Source: Acidobacteriota bacterium (lineage in GTDB: Bacteria > Acidobacteriota > UBA6911 > RPQK01 > JADFOI01). Taken from it: a DNA stretch of 64,000 bases. A program made the translations under genes and the position numbers. Each line of letters opens with the position of its first letter. The stretch's first letter is position 1. The notes below the pieces were generated by a model that saw only the letters and a program-made list of their open reading frames with translations, did not search any database and had not been told where the DNA came from. Positions 20,452-30,950 of the stretch are shown here, piece after piece. Location: contig OY760074.1 in NCBI GenBank assembly GCA_963663035.1, forward strand, positions 3,328,001 to 3,392,000, given 5' to 3'.

Positions 20452-21263
20452 TGGCCTTTCTTCAGCTTGATCTTCCGGATGTCATTGACATCCTGGTCAT
20501 CGCCTTCATTATCTATCGCCTGTTGCTCCTGATTAAGGGTACCCGCGGATGGCAGATGACCCTGGGCATTACCTCGCTGTTCTTAATTTACTACCTGGCC
20601 GGTTTCCTGGGATTGAGAACGATCGAATTAGTGTTGGCCAAGTTCTTTCCCTACTTCATCTTTGCCCTGGTGGTGATCTTTCAGTCAGAGATTCGCAGAG
20701 GACTGGCTCAAATAGGAAAGGGACGTTTCTTTCTCCGACTCTCAGCTAAGAAGAGTCAGGAACAATTCGATGAAATTGTCCTGGCTGCCACCACCCTCTC
20801 CAGCCAGAGAATAGGAGGGCTGATTGTCATCGAGAGAGACATAGGACTCAAGAACTACATTGAAAGTGGGATCAAGCTGGATGCCTTTATGACTTATGAT
20901 CTTCTGGTCACGATTTTTAATCCCAAGACCCCCTTACATGATGGTGCTGTCATCGTACAGGGAGACCGAATCAGTGCAGCCGCATGCTTTCTTCCACTGA
21001 CTCTGGATCCCTACTTGAGTAAGGAACTGGGTACCCGACACCGGGCTGCCATTGGAATCACCGAGGAAACCGACGCGGTTGCTATAGTCGTTTCTGAGGA
21101 GACCGGTAAGACCTCGGCTGTTTTTGGCGGAGAGATTATGCGCAATCTAGATGGACCTCGCTTACTGAAGGTTTTGCAGAAAACGGTAGCCGGCCAGGCA
21201 GAGGTCTTACCCATTCAAACCGAACAGCGGAGTGAAACAGAGCCGCAGCAGGAAGCGGTATGA
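20451..21263 (+). CDS. cdaA: Diadenylate cyclase CdaA/DacA
   Basis: Three N-terminal TM helices; DAC motifs PLHDGA and GTRHRAA. Confidence 0.95.
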   Translation: MAFLQLDLPDVIDILVIAFIIYRLLLLIKGTRGWQMTLGITSLFLIYYLAGFLGLRTIELVLAKFFPYFIFALVVIFQSEIRRGLAQIGKGRFFLRLSAKKSQEQFDEIVLAATTLSSQRIGGLIVIERDIGLKNYIESGIKLDAFMTYDLLVTIFNPKTPLHDGAVIVQGDRISAAACFLPLTLDPYLSKELGTRHRAAIGITEETDAVAIVVSEETGKTSAVFGGEIMRNLDGPRLLKVLQKTVAGQAEVLPIQTEQRSETEPQQEAV

Positions 21264-22189
21264 AGATTTTGCGGGGGCTGGTTTTCAACAACCTTGGGTT
21301 AAAAGGAATCTCTCTTGGGCTGGCCGTGCTGGTGTGGTTTCAAGTAGCTGGCCAGCAACTTGTCCAACAGCCCCTTTTGCTGCCAGTCCAATTTGTCAAT
21401 ATGCCCCCCCAGACGGAGATTTCTAACGACTATGAGAAACAAGTGGAGGTGGTCATACGCTCCCGCAGCAGCATTCCCAGCTCCGGTGACGGAAGTCTGG
21501 CCGTCGTCATTGACTTAAGAGATGCCACTCCAGGCCCCGAAAAGTCGTTTTCTTTAAGCGAAGAAGATATCGAAGACAAGCCTTCCGGTGTGGAAATTGT
21601 CAGTATCACTCCCAACAGAATCCGCCTGTGGTTGGAGAATACAGTACAAAAGAGTGTCGAGGTAGTGCCTGAACTGGAGGGTGAGCTGGCTGAAGGGTTT
21701 GAAGTCACCAAAGTACAGGCTCAGCCGGTGCTTATTACTGGCCCCCAATCGCGGGTCGAGAAAGTATCTGAAGCTCAGACAGAACCCATCAGTATAGAGG
21801 GGCTGTCATCGACGTTGGTCCGAAACGTCTCAGTGGACATCGATGATCTTGCTCTGCGCATGGACCTGGCCACGGTGAGCGTTGTCGTCACCATTGAGGA
21901 AAAGAGGCAGGAAGTGCAGGTTCGCCGGGTCCTGATCGAGGTGCTCCCGGAGAACATTGAAGCCTCTCTGATGACCCGCAGGGCGGATCTGGTGGGGACA
22001 GTGCCTCTCTCATTTGAAGGCGAACTCACGGCAGCTGATTTTCGAGCTACGGTGAATGTCGAAGCACTGGAGCCCCAACAGGAGTCCTACGAGGTTTTCC
22101 CACAAATTACGGTATCTGAACAGTATGCTGGCATTTTCCGACTCGAATCGGTGACTCCGGAGAGTGTTAAGGTCAGAAGAATCAGGTGA
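21260..22189 (+). CDS. cdaR: CdaR/YbbR-domain regulator
   Basis: N-terminal NNLGLKGISLGLAVLVW anchor, YbbR-like repeats (VLITGP), canonical position between cdaA and glmM. Confidence 0.88.
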   Translation: MKILRGLVFNNLGLKGISLGLAVLVWFQVAGQQLVQQPLLLPVQFVNMPPQTEISNDYEKQVEVVIRSRSSIPSSGDGSLAVVIDLRDATPGPEKSFSLSEEDIEDKPSGVEIVSITPNRIRLWLENTVQKSVEVVPELEGELAEGFEVTKVQAQPVLITGPQSRVEKVSEAQTEPISIEGLSSTLVRNVSVDIDDLALRMDLATVSVVVTIEEKRQEVQVRRVLIEVLPENIEASLMTRRADLVGTVPLSFEGELTAADFRATVNVEALEPQQESYEVFPQITVSEQYAGIFRLESVTPESVKVRRIR

Positions 22190-22190
22190 C

Positions 22191-23549
22191 ATGTGTGAGC
22201 TGTTCGGAACCGATGGCATTCGCGGAATAGCCGGAGAATACCCATTAGATCTTCCTACCGTTTACAAGCTGGGCAAGGCAGTGGTTCGCTCCGGCAAACG
22301 GAGCATACTGATTGGCAGAGATACTCGAGCCAGCGGACTCTGGATCGAGAAGGCACTTCAGCAAGCCATTCTCTCGCAGGGGGGAGAAGTGACTCTAGCG
22401 GACGTGATCACGACGCCTGGAGTTGCCATTCTCTCCCGCAATGTTCCATTTGATACGGGAATCGTTGTCTCGGCTTCACACAATCCTTACCAGGACAATG
22501 GGATAAAGATGTTCTCCAGAAACGGAATCAAACTGAGCGACGAGGAAGAAAGTTGGATTGAACAGGCAGTGGCCGGAGATGCGGATCTGGATTCTGTTAC
22601 AGAGATCTCTGAAGACCGGAACCAGGATGAGATCATCGCCTTGAATCAGGGATTGGTGAGCCGCTACATCGATTTCTTGCGGGCAGCCTCATCCGTGCCT
22701 ACCTTGAAGCCTTTGAAGGTAGTTCTCGATTGTGCCCATGGTGCCGCATTTCACATTGCTCCTCAGCTTTTCAAAGAGCTAGGGGCTGAGGTGATCGCTA
22801 TCAATGCCCAGCCCAATGGGCGGAACATCAATCTCAATTGTGGGGCCGTTCATCCTCAACAGATGGCCCAAACTGTCCTGGAGTCTCAAGCTTCCTTCGG
22901 CGTAGCCTTTGATGGTGATGGTGATCGCGCCATCTTCAGTGATGAAAAGGGGAACCTCCTGGATGGCGATTACACTCTCTTTATGCTGGCGCGATCTCTT
23001 CAAAAGAAGGGACAGTTGGAGTCCGGGTGTGTGGTCCTCACGGTCATGGCCAACAAAGGACTGGAGGTGGCACTGCAAAGAGAAGACATACGGACAGTGC
23101 GTACCCGGGTGGGAGATCGTTTTGTCATGGCAGAGATGCTCCGCGGAAACCACTCCTTGGGAGGAGAGCAGTCTGGACACGTCATCATGAAAGCTGGGTT
23201 CCTCGTGGGAGATGGCATCTTGAGCGCTCTGAAGATCGGCAATCTCGTGCTGGAGGAGGGTTGCTCGTTGAGTGAGCTGGCGCGGGGCTTCGAGAAGTTC
23301 CCCCAGGTTCTCATCAATGTGCGGGTCAGGGAGAAACTTGATTTCTCAAAGATCACCGAGATTCAGCGGGACATTGAGGGAGCTCAGGAAAGTCTGGGGG
23401 AGAAAGGACGAGTTATGATCCGCTACTCTGGAACAGCGCCGCTGGTGAGAATTATGCTGGAAGGAGAAAGCGCGGGAGAAATCAACAAGTATGCGGAAGG
23501 GATCGCCGCCCGCTTTCAGGAGCAGTTGGGGGAAACGGCTGACAGCTGA
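22191..23549 (+). CDS. glmM: Phosphoglucosamine mutase
   Basis: LFGTDGIRG, SASHNP, FDGDGDR, GGEQSGH, RYSGT. Start at ATG 22191. Confidence 0.96.
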   Translation: MCELFGTDGIRGIAGEYPLDLPTVYKLGKAVVRSGKRSILIGRDTRASGLWIEKALQQAILSQGGEVTLADVITTPGVAILSRNVPFDTGIVVSASHNPYQDNGIKMFSRNGIKLSDEEESWIEQAVAGDADLDSVTEISEDRNQDEIIALNQGLVSRYIDFLRAASSVPTLKPLKVVLDCAHGAAFHIAPQLFKELGAEVIAINAQPNGRNINLNCGAVHPQQMAQTVLESQASFGVAFDGDGDRAIFSDEKGNLLDGDYTLFMLARSLQKKGQLESGCVVLTVMANKGLEVALQREDIRTVRTRVGDRFVMAEMLRGNHSLGGEQSGHVIMKAGFLVGDGILSALKIGNLVLEEGCSLSELARGFEKFPQVLINVRVREKLDFSKITEIQRDIEGAQESLGEKGRVMIRYSGTAPLVRIMLEGESAGEINKYAEGIAARFQEQLGETADS

Positions 23550-23558
23550 CAGCTGACA
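23538..23558 (+). repeat. Heptamer tandem repeat (GCTGACA)x3
   Basis: Seen directly across the glmM stop; related array at 29461-29488. Confidence 0.7.
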
Positions 23559-23559
23559 A

Positions 23560-24096
23560 GTGATGGAACCAACCAGGAGAAAGATCAAGTCCCGCCAGGA
23601 CCTTAGAGAGATCCTGGGGCAACTGAAAGCCGAGGGCAAAAGGATTGTCTTTACCAACGGGTGCTTTGATCTGCTCCATCCTGGGCACGTGCGTTATCTG
23701 GAGAAAGCGAAGGCTCAGGGGGATGTGCTGGTGGTGGCTTTGAACAGCGATGCTTCGGTGAGAGAAATCAAGGGCGGGGACCGCCCCGTGCTCTGTGAGG
23801 AGGAGCGCTGTGAGGTCATCAGTGCACTTACCAGTGTTGACTTTGTGACAACTTTTGAGGAGAGAACCCCTCAAACTATTATTGAAGAGTTGATACCGCA
23901 AGTCCTGGTAAAGGGCGGTGACTGGCCCATCGATGAGATTGTGGGCCGGCAGATTGTGGAATCCAATGGTGGAAAGGTTATTTCAGTAGATTTTGAAAAA
24001 GAATTCTCTACAACAGGCATCATTGACCGAATCCGAAGCTCAGGAAAAGAGCAAATTCCCCAGGACCGCCACCCAGATCTCTCGAAGTCTGGCTGA
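23560..24096 (+). CDS. rfaE2: D-glycero-beta-D-manno-heptose 1-phosphate adenylyltransferase
   Basis: [33 protein letters not shown]. Confidence 0.93.
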   Translation: MMEPTRRKIKSRQDLREILGQLKAEGKRIVFTNGCFDLLHPGHVRYLEKAKAQGDVLVVALNSDASVREIKGGDRPVLCEEERCEVISALTSVDFVTTFEERTPQTIIEELIPQVLVKGGDWPIDEIVGRQIVESNGGKVISVDFEKEFSTTGIIDRIRSSGKEQIPQDRHPDLSKSG

Positions 24097-27000
24097 AAGA
24101 CTCCAGGGGTTCAGTATCCTGGAAGGCCTTCATGGTTCGGATTGTGCCTTTCTCTTCGCCTCCCTTTTTCGGCAATCGCCAACCCCCTCTCTGTGGCTGT
24201 GTCTCAACAACCGCCAGGCCGAAAAGATCGCTGAGGATCTGCGTTTCTTTCTCCCAGAGGGGAGTAAAGATCAGGTCCTGGTTATTCCCGGCTCAGAAGC
24301 GGACCCCTATCGCGGCCTGTCGCCCCATCCGGAGATCGCAGCTAAAAGAGCGGTCGCTTTGTGGAGGCTCCAGCAGAAAGATCCGGGATTCATTGTCACC
24401 ACCCTCGCTTCGATACTGACTCGGTTGCCCTCGCCAGCTGAGTATCTGAGCCACTGTGTTCATCTTGAAGTCGGCAGCTTTCTGCCCTTGGATCACCTGG
24501 TGGAGGGACTGGGGAAGATGGGTTATGTGCGGGAGGATCCGGTGAGCGAGGTCGGCGAATATTCGATTCGGGGAGGGATTGTCGATGTCTTTTCCCCAGC
24601 CTATGAAAATCCTGCTCGAATTGAGTTTTTCGGAGACCAGATTGAGTCGATGCGCGACTTTGATCCCAGCACACAGCGATCTATTGGGCTCATCTCTTCT
24701 TGTCAGGTTGTGCCCATGCGAGAAATGATTCTGTCCGAAACTGAGATTGCGCGCTGGCACAAGGAGGCTCCTGAAAATTGGAATGAAGTTCGCTTCGCAG
24801 ATGCTCTGCAGGAGAAGTGTCAGTTCACTGAAAACCGCGAGTTGTTCAATGGCTTTGAATTTGTCTTTCCACTGGTGATGGACAACCAGCATCATCTCTT
24901 GGAGTTCCTGACCGAGCCACAAGATTTGCACATCGTGCTCCCAGAGGCTGACGAGTTCCTGGGGGAACTTGAGAAATTTTGTTCCCGTCAACAGGAAGCG
25001 TTTCAGGAGCAACAGGCCAATGGAGAGCTCGTCTTGCCTCCTGAGCAGTTGTTTTTCGACAAGAACTGGATGGATGGAGTCCTGAAGAACAGGCAAGCCT
25101 TCTTCATTAAACAACTCTCGGATATGCCTCATACGGCTTGCCGTTTCGATTTTCAGCTCGAACGCACCTATGAAAGCCGAATCCAGGACCTTCTTTCCGA
25201 CCTCAGTCGGTGGCGCGATGCAGATGAGCGAGTCGTTCTGGTGATGGGCTCGCGAGGAATGACAGAACGTGTCGCCCACCTCTTGGCAGAGTATGGTGTG
25301 CCAGTTCACCTTGTGGAAAATGGGCTCGATGAAGCTCTTTCTCACCCTTTGTCTGTCATACAAGGCAAACTCTCCAATGGTTTCTATTCTCCCAGCTTAG
25401 GGCTTCATATCCTCACTCAGGAGAATATCTTCCAGGAAAGCCAGCTCAAAGCTGCCAGAAAGCCGGTCCATCTGGAGATTGCTACTCAATTTCTTTCTGA
25501 TTTCCGAGACCTCAAGGAAGGGGACTATGTCGTTCACATTGATCACGGAATTGGGATTTTTCAGGGTCTGGAACGGATCGGAGTGGGGAAGGAGCTCAAG
25601 GAGTTTGTGGTACTGGTCTACCGTAAAGGTGCCAAATTATACGTCCCAATCGATCGTCTGGGCCTGATACAGAAGTACAGTGGAGTAGGCGGGGCAAAAC
25701 TTCAGATTGACCTTCTGGGGGGAGTTTCCTGGGGGAAAACCAAGCAGCGCATTAAGAAGTCTATGCGGCACATGGCCGAGGACTTGCTCAAGCTCTATGC
25801 TCGTCGAGACATGGCCAAGGGACACGCTTTCTCTGCCGATGACTCCCTGAGCCGGGAATTTGAGGAAGCATTTGAATTTGAGGAAACACCCGACCAACTG
25901 GCCGCCATTCAGGATGTCAGCCGGGACATGGAAGCAATACGGCCAATGGATCGGTTGATTTGTGGCGATGTGGGTTACGGAAAGACAGAAGTCGCCATGC
26001 GGGGGGCTTTCAAGGCCGTCAACGATAGCAAACAGGTGGCAGTGCTGGCTCCCACTACGGTCCTGGCCTTCCAGCATTACAATTCCTTTAGAGAGCGCTG
26101 TCAGGGTTTTCCCGTAACCGTTGAGATGGTCAGTCGCTTTCAAAGTCGAGTGGAGCAAACTGAGATACTCCGACGCACATCCCTGGGTCTGGTGGATATC
26201 CTGATCGGCACCCATCGACTCTTGTCAAAGGATGTCCACTTTCAGGATCTAGGACTGATTGTGGTGGATGAAGAACAGCGCTTTGGGGTGGCTCAGAAGG
26301 AGAGACTCAAACAGCTGAAAACCGAAGTTGATGTTTTAGCACTTTCCGCAACGCCGATTCCTCGCACCTTGAACATGTCGCTCATTGGTCTTCGAGACCT
26401 CTCCATTATCGAGACTCCCCCCCTGGACAGGCTAGCGATTCAGACTGTGGTGGTGAGGTTCAACAAGAACATCATCCGAACTGCCATAGACCTGGAGATG
26501 AAGCGTGACGGGCAAGTCTTCTTTGTCCACAACTCGGTGGAGACCATTTATTCAATCGCCACTATGATTCAGGAGACCGTGCCGGAGGCGCGTGTGGCAG
26601 TGGCTCATGGGCAGCTGAGGGAAGGACAGCTCCAGAAGGTCATGGTTGACTTCCTCAACTACCGATACGATGTCCTGGTTTCAACCACGATCATTGAAAA
26701 CGGCCTGGACATTCCCCGCGCTAATACTTTGATCGTCAATCGAAGTGATCAGTTTGGATTGGCCCAGCTATACCAGTTGAGGGGGCGGGTGGGGCGATCC
26801 AACCGTCGTGCGTATGCCTTCTTGATGACGCCACCGCCGGAAACTCTGACCCCGGAGGCTGGAAAGCGTCTGGCTGCAATCAAGGAGTTCAGTGAGCTGG
26901 GTGCGGGTTTCCGCATTGCGGCACTGGATCTGGAGATTCGCGGTGCCGGGAACTTGTTGGGTTCTGAGCAGCACGGACACATTGGTGCGATTGGACTTGA

Positions 27001-27505
27001 ATTGTATACGAAACTGCTGGAGCAGACCATCAGAGAGTTGAGAGGTGAAGAGGTTCCTGAAGAGGTGCAAACTAAGCTTGATCTCCGCATGGATGTCCAG
27101 ATTCCCGAGCACTACATCGATGACTCTACGCTGCGCCTGTGGCTTTACAAAAGGGTTTCCTCAGCTCCTGACAACTCTGCTCTTGAAAATTTGAAGGGGG
27201 AGGTGGTGGATCGGTTTGGGAAATATCCCAAGTCCGTCTCAAACCTGTTTGAATATGCAAGACTTCGCTTGCGCGCTCAGCTGTTGAAGATCTTCGTACT
27301 GGAGCGAAAAGGATCTCGGGTCCTTCTAAAATTTCGAGAAGATACCCCTGTTTCCCGTGAGCATGTCATCGATCTCGTGCGGCGCAGCGGGGAATTGTCC
27401 TTGACTCCAGAGGGAAACATGAGTGCAGAGATCTCCTCCACTCTTCCCAGTGAGGTCTTTCGATATGTGGATACCCTGTTGGATGAGGTGTCTGTGCTAG
27501 AATGA
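23993..27505 (+). CDS. mfd: Transcription-repair coupling factor (start uncertain)
   Basis: UvrB-homology [65 protein letters not shown] domain. Confidence 0.96.
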   Translation: MKKNSLQQASLTESEAQEKSKFPRTATQISRSLAERLQGFSILEGLHGSDCAFLFASLFRQSPTPSLWLCLNNRQAEKIAEDLRFFLPEGSKDQVLVIPGSEADPYRGLSPHPEIAAKRAVALWRLQQKDPGFIVTTLASILTRLPSPAEYLSHCVHLEVGSFLPLDHLVEGLGKMGYVREDPVSEVGEYSIRGGIVDVFSPAYENPARIEFFGDQIESMRDFDPSTQRSIGLISSCQVVPMREMILSETEIARWHKEAPENWNEVRFADALQEKCQFTENRELFNGFEFVFPLVMDNQHHLLEFLTEPQDLHIVLPEADEFLGELEKFCSRQQEAFQEQQANGELVLPPEQLFFDKNWMDGVLKNRQAFFIKQLSDMPHTACRFDFQLERTYESRIQDLLSDLSRWRDADERVVLVMGSRGMTERVAHLLAEYGVPVHLVENGLDEALSHPLSVIQGKLSNGFYSPSLGLHILTQENIFQESQLKAARKPVHLEIATQFLSDFRDLKEGDYVVHIDHGIGIFQGLERIGVGKELKEFVVLVYRKGAKLYVPIDRLGLIQKYSGVGGAKLQIDLLGGVSWGKTKQRIKKSMRHMAEDLLKLYARRDMAKGHAFSADDSLSREFEEAFEFEETPDQLAAIQDVSRDMEAIRPMDRLICGDVGYGKTEVAMRGAFKAVNDSKQVAVLAPTTVLAFQHYNSFRERCQGFPVTVEMVSRFQSRVEQTEILRRTSLGLVDILIGTHRLLSKDVHFQDLGLIVVDEEQRFGVAQKERLKQLKTEVDVLALSATPIPRTLNMSLIGLRDLSIIETPPLDRLAIQTVVVRFNKNIIRTAIDLEMKRDGQVFFVHNSVETIYSIATMIQETVPEARVAVAHGQLREGQLQKVMVDFLNYRYDVLVSTTIIENGLDIPRANTLIVNRSDQFGLAQLYQLRGRVGRSNRRAYAFLMTPPPETLTPEAGKRLAAIKEFSELGAGFRIAALDLEIRGAGNLLGSEQHGHIGAIGLELYTKLLEQTIRELRGEEVPEEVQTKLDLRMDVQIPEHYIDDSTLRLWLYKRVSSAPDNSALENLKGEVVDRFGKYPKSVSNLFEYARLRLRAQLLKIFVLERKGSRVLLKFREDTPVSREHVIDLVRRSGELSLTPEGNMSAEISSTLPSEVFRYVDTLLDEVSVLE

Positions 27506-28425
27506 GCGGCTTCAGGAACATGATCTTAAAACGCTGTATCACTCTGCTCGCGCTTGTCCCTCTTGGGGGCTGTGGGGAAGAGCCTGAAGAAATTCAGGCC
27601 ACCCGACCTCAATCTCCAACCATCGCAGTCATGAATGGTCGTCCCCTGCTGCGGGACCAGTTCGAAGGCTTTCTGTCCCTGGCCCCGGCTGACTCGGAAG
27701 AGGAACCTACCCATTCTCGGAGGGAAGAACGGTTTAGGGAGTTTCTCCTGGAGCAACTTTTACTCCAGGAAGCGACAAGACAGAAGATCACAGTGGAAGA
27801 AGAGGAGGTGGAGCGACAGCTGGTTCTGTGGCTTTCCCAAGAACAAGAGGTTACAGAGCAGTTGCGTGAGCGCGTCCGGACCTTTCTGACCATTCAGAGA
27901 TTCATAAAGGAAGAGATTGTCTCCAAGATCGAAATGGGCAATCAGGAGATCTATCGGTATTACCAGACTCATGCGAACCAATACATCATCGAGGATGAGG
28001 CTCACGTTCTGGAGGTCATGGTGGAGGATCGAGAGCAGGCGGAGGAGATTCGAGAACAGTTGAACTTTGGAGATACTCGAACGTTCAAGAGTATGGCACA
28101 GGGCTATTCCCAGGGATTGACCGCACAAGCTGGAGGCGATTTGGGAACCTTCCTGCGTGGGCAACTTCCTGAGAACTTCGAAAAGACGATCTTTCAACTC
28201 AAGCCAGGAGAGATCAGTCCGGTCTTTCGCTCTCCCGAGGGATACCATATCTTCATGATGGAAGAATGGGTTCCGCGCCACGCCCAGAAGTTTTACGAAG
28301 TGCAGGAAACCATTTTTGAGGAACTTGTGGCTGCTAAGGAACGTGTCGCCCTGGATGAGTATGAGAAGCGATTATTTGAGGGTGCCTCCATAGAAATTCA
28401 TGACGAGACCTTAACTATCGAGTGA
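27502..28425 (+). CDS. Parvulin-type PPIase lipoprotein (SurA/PrsA-like)
   Basis: Lipobox-like LGGC, SurA N-domain-like region, GGDLG...FEKTIFQLKPGEISPVF...GYHIF. Confidence 0.85.
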   Translation: MSGFRNMILKRCITLLALVPLGGCGEEPEEIQATRPQSPTIAVMNGRPLLRDQFEGFLSLAPADSEEEPTHSRREERFREFLLEQLLLQEATRQKITVEEEEVERQLVLWLSQEQEVTEQLRERVRTFLTIQRFIKEEIVSKIEMGNQEIYRYYQTHANQYIIEDEAHVLEVMVEDREQAEEIREQLNFGDTRTFKSMAQGYSQGLTAQAGGDLGTFLRGQLPENFEKTIFQLKPGEISPVFRSPEGYHIFMMEEWVPRHAQKFYEVQETIFEELVAAKERVALDEYEKRLFEGASIEIHDETLTIE

Positions 28426-28435
28426 AAAGATCCGA

Positions 28436-29458
28436 ATGCAACCCTCCAATCGATTTGTGGAATTTCGCTTAGCCTTGATTGTCATACTCCTGATGGGATC
28501 GATTCCCGCGCTTTCGGCACAAGAGATCGTCCTGCTGGACGAAATCGTGGCGAGAGTGAACCGTGAAATCATCACTATGATTGACCTGAACAAGGAACTG
28601 AGAATCTTGAGAGCGAGTCTGGTACAGGACACTCAGAATCCGGAGCAGCTGGAGCAAGAGTTCCAGAGGGAGAAGCGAACTCTGTTGAGAACCATGATCC
28701 AAACCAGGATGTTGGCTCAAAGAGCTGAGGAATTTGGCATCAGCGCCAACATCGAGGGGGACGTCACTAATTTCATCGAAGAGATGCGTAAAAGTGCCGG
28801 TATCCCCAATCTTGAGATTCTCGATCAGGTTCTCCAGGAGCAGGGCTCCTCACTGGAGGACTATCGACAGTCGCTGAGACAGCGACTCACTATTGACTCA
28901 TTACTTCAGCAGTTCGTTTATTCCAAGCTCACCCTTCTCACACCTGAAATCGAGGCCTACTACCAGGAACACATCGAAGAATATACCGAAAAGGCTCAGG
29001 TGGAACTGAAGGAGCTATTGTTTCTGACCGAGGGGGAGGACAAGGCGCAGTTGAGAGAGAAAGCAGAAGAAGTTCTGGCCCAGTTACGGGCTGGTGCTTC
29101 CTTCGAGGAATTGGCCGAGCAGTATTCAGACGGCCCCACCGCTGCCCGAGGTGGAGATATTGGCAGCTTCAAGCAGGGTTCGATGTCGCCGCTCATCGAA
29201 GAGGTGGCGTTTCAGTTGAAGGAAGGCGAAATCAGCGGCATCATCGAGACCGACTATGGACTTCAAATCATCAAAGTGGTGAGCCACACAGCAGATCGAC
29301 TCAGGCCGGTGGAGGAAGTTCGTCCAGAAATCTCACGTCAGCTCTACGAACGAAAGGCTCAACCTGGGTTGAGAAAATTCATGGATGAGCTGCGAGAGCA
29401 AAGTTATGTCTATATAGCCCCGAACTACCGGGAAGAGTATGACACCGAGGGACTGTAA
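28436..29458 (+). CDS. SurA-like parvulin PPIase/chaperone
   Basis: Signal peptide, DEIVARVNREIIT, FEELAEQYSDG...GGDIG, GEISGIIETDYG. Confidence 0.88.
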   Translation: MQPSNRFVEFRLALIVILLMGSIPALSAQEIVLLDEIVARVNREIITMIDLNKELRILRASLVQDTQNPEQLEQEFQREKRTLLRTMIQTRMLAQRAEEFGISANIEGDVTNFIEEMRKSAGIPNLEILDQVLQEQGSSLEDYRQSLRQRLTIDSLLQQFVYSKLTLLTPEIEAYYQEHIEEYTEKAQVELKELLFLTEGEDKAQLREKAEEVLAQLRAGASFEELAEQYSDGPTAARGGDIGSFKQGSMSPLIEEVAFQLKEGEISGIIETDYGLQIIKVVSHTADRLRPVEEVRPEISRQLYERKAQPGLRKFMDELREQSYVYIAPNYREEYDTEGL

Positions 29459-29460
29459 AC

Positions 29461-29488
29461 ACTGACAACTGACAACTGACCGCTGACA
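29461..29488 (+). repeat. Heptamer tandem repeat (A/G)CTGAC(A/C) x4
   Basis: ACTGACA ACTGACA ACTGACC GCTGACA between the convergent SurA-like gene and tatC. Confidence 0.7.
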
Positions 29489-29489
29489 G

Positions 29490-30545
29490 TTATTCTTCCA
29501 GACGTTCTCGTCGCTTTTTGAAAATCCAAGAGATTCCGATGCTGATCACATAGAGCACCAGCATCGGGCCACTCCACAGAAACAGATTCAAGACGTCAGC
29601 CGTAGGTGAGATGACGGCTGCCACGATCAGGATCACAAGGAAGGCATAACGGAAGTTCTTCCACAGGAACCCGGGTGAAATGAGTCCGAAAAGAGAAAGA
29701 AATGCCACCAGGACCGGAAGTTGAAAAATCAGCCCCATACCCACCAAAACGATAACCTCGAAATTAAAGTACTCGATGGCACTCACCATGGCACGGAAGG
29801 GTCTCCCAAATTGATTGATGAGAAACTCCAGTGCTGTGGGGAGAATGATGTAGTAAGCGAAAGCTCCACCCACCAGGAAGAGGAGTGTGGAGGACACCAG
29901 AAAGGGAATGGCGTAGGATTTTTCCTTTCGATACAGTCCTGGGGCAATAAATAACCACACCTGGAGAAGTAAGTAGGGAGCGGACAGGAAGAGGGCCCCC
30001 ACAAAGGATACCTTTATCCAGATGGAAAAAGGCTCAGTGGGTCTGAGGAAGACCAGCTCCTTCATGCCTGCTTCAACGTCCTGACCGGGAGCGACAACAT
30101 TTGCGATGGGCACGGCCAGAAAAGTGAAGATTTGCTCACTGAATGCCCAGCAGATAGAAAACGCAATCGCCATGGCCGCCGCACTGTGAAGGAGCCGTTT
30201 TCGCAGTTCGTCCAGATGTTCCAGGAAAGTCATCGCGCCACCCAGGGCCCCCCACTCTCTATCATCGGGGGGGGCTTCTTCCGGGGTCCCCAGGTCGGGG
30301 GGAGGTGCCGGAGGTGAATCGGGTGGCGTTAGATCCTGGGTGGGCTCTTCCCCGCTCTCCTCTTCTGTTGAGGTGGGTGGCGATTGATCCTGAGCGAGCT
30401 CTTGCTCGTGCTCCTCTTCTGTTGAGGTGGGTGGCGATTGATCCTGAGCGAGCTCTTGCCCGCCCTCCTCTTCAGTTGAGGCGGGAGCGTCGGACTCCGA
30501 TTCTGGAGGAACGGTTGGAGGAGACTTGCCAGAGTCTTCTGTCAT
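29490..30545 (-). CDS. tatC: Twin-arginine translocase subunit TatC with long acidic/Pro-rich N-terminal extension
   Basis: MTFLEHLDELRKRL, PTEPF, QVWLFIAPGLY, FQLP, AAVISPT. Confidence 0.95.
   Translation of the reverse strand: MTEDSGKSPPTVPPESESDAPASTEEEGGQELAQDQSPPTSTEEEHEQELAQDQSPPTSTEEESGEEPTQDLTPPDSPPAPPPDLGTPEEAPPDDREWGALGGAMTFLEHLDELRKRLLHSAAAMAIAFSICWAFSEQIFTFLAVPIANVVAPGQDVEAGMKELVFLRPTEPFSIWIKVSFVGALFLSAPYLLLQVWLFIAPGLYRKEKSYAIPFLVSSTLLFLVGGAFAYYIILPTALEFLINQFGRPFRAMVSAIEYFNFEVIVLVGMGLIFQLPVLVAFLSLFGLISPGFLWKNFRYAFLVILIVAAVISPTADVLNLFLWSGPMLVLYVISIGISWIFKKRRERLEE
30321..30481 (-). repeat. 54-bp in-frame tandem repeat (about 3 units) in the tatC 5' region
   Basis: 49 identical nt at 30357-30405 and 30411-30459, with degenerate flanking units; encodes STEEE..QELAQDQSPPT. 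Confidence 0.9.
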
Positions 30546-30593
30546 AAGCAGTTACTGGGAAAGTACTGGGAAGGGCTGATTATGGCTCAGAAC

Positions 30594-30824
30594 CTATTCG
30601 AGGTCGCTTTGAATCTTCTTCAAATCTTCAGCTTCCACGTCGACTTCGTGTTTGACTGCTTCGACTTCATCCTCCCAGGTCCGCTTGAGCTCGTTTGAAG
30701 CCCTCTTGAATTCGGTCAGTCCTTTACCCAGAGAACGGCCCAGTTCAGGCAGTTTCCGGGGGCCGAAAATGACCAGGGCAACAATAAAGATAATGACTAA
30801 TTCAGGAAAGCCTAGATTCCACAT
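30594..30824 (-). CDS. tatA: TatA/TatB-family subunit
   Basis: ELVIIFIVALVIFGPRKLPELGRSLGKGLTEFKRA. Confidence 0.92.
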   Translation of the reverse strand: MWNLGFPELVIIFIVALVIFGPRKLPELGRSLGKGLTEFKRASNELKRTWEDEVEAVKHEVDVEAEDLKKIQSDLE

Positions 30825-30850
30825 TTGACGGTCCAGTCTCCTTACTCATC

Positions 30851-30879
30851 AGTCTATGCCAGCCGCTGTAGCAAGTCAA
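30851..30879 (-). promoter_or_regulatory. Sigma70-type promoter of tatA-tatC
   Basis: TTGACT-17 bp-TAGACT on the minus strand. Confidence 0.6.
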
Positions 30880-30913
30880 TGATGCAGGCTAGCAAAGATC
30901 ACCCGTCTGTTCG

Positions 30914-30942
30914 TTGACAGTTGAGCTAGGAAAAACTATCTT
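30914..30942 (+). promoter_or_regulatory. Sigma70-type promoter of the 2Fe-2S/Mo-subunit operon (possibly leaderless)
   Basis: TTGACA-17 bp-TATCTT, ending 8 nt before ATG 30951; no SD in between. Confidence 0.6.
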
Positions 30943-30950
30943 AAGGCTCA

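Noticed and set aside
24293-25363. Long antisense ORFs (e.g. 24293-25363, 6679-7596, 33904-34881, 55829-56836)
   Set aside because: They lie opposite well-supported genes and lack motifs, as expected for shadow frames in GC-rich DNA.
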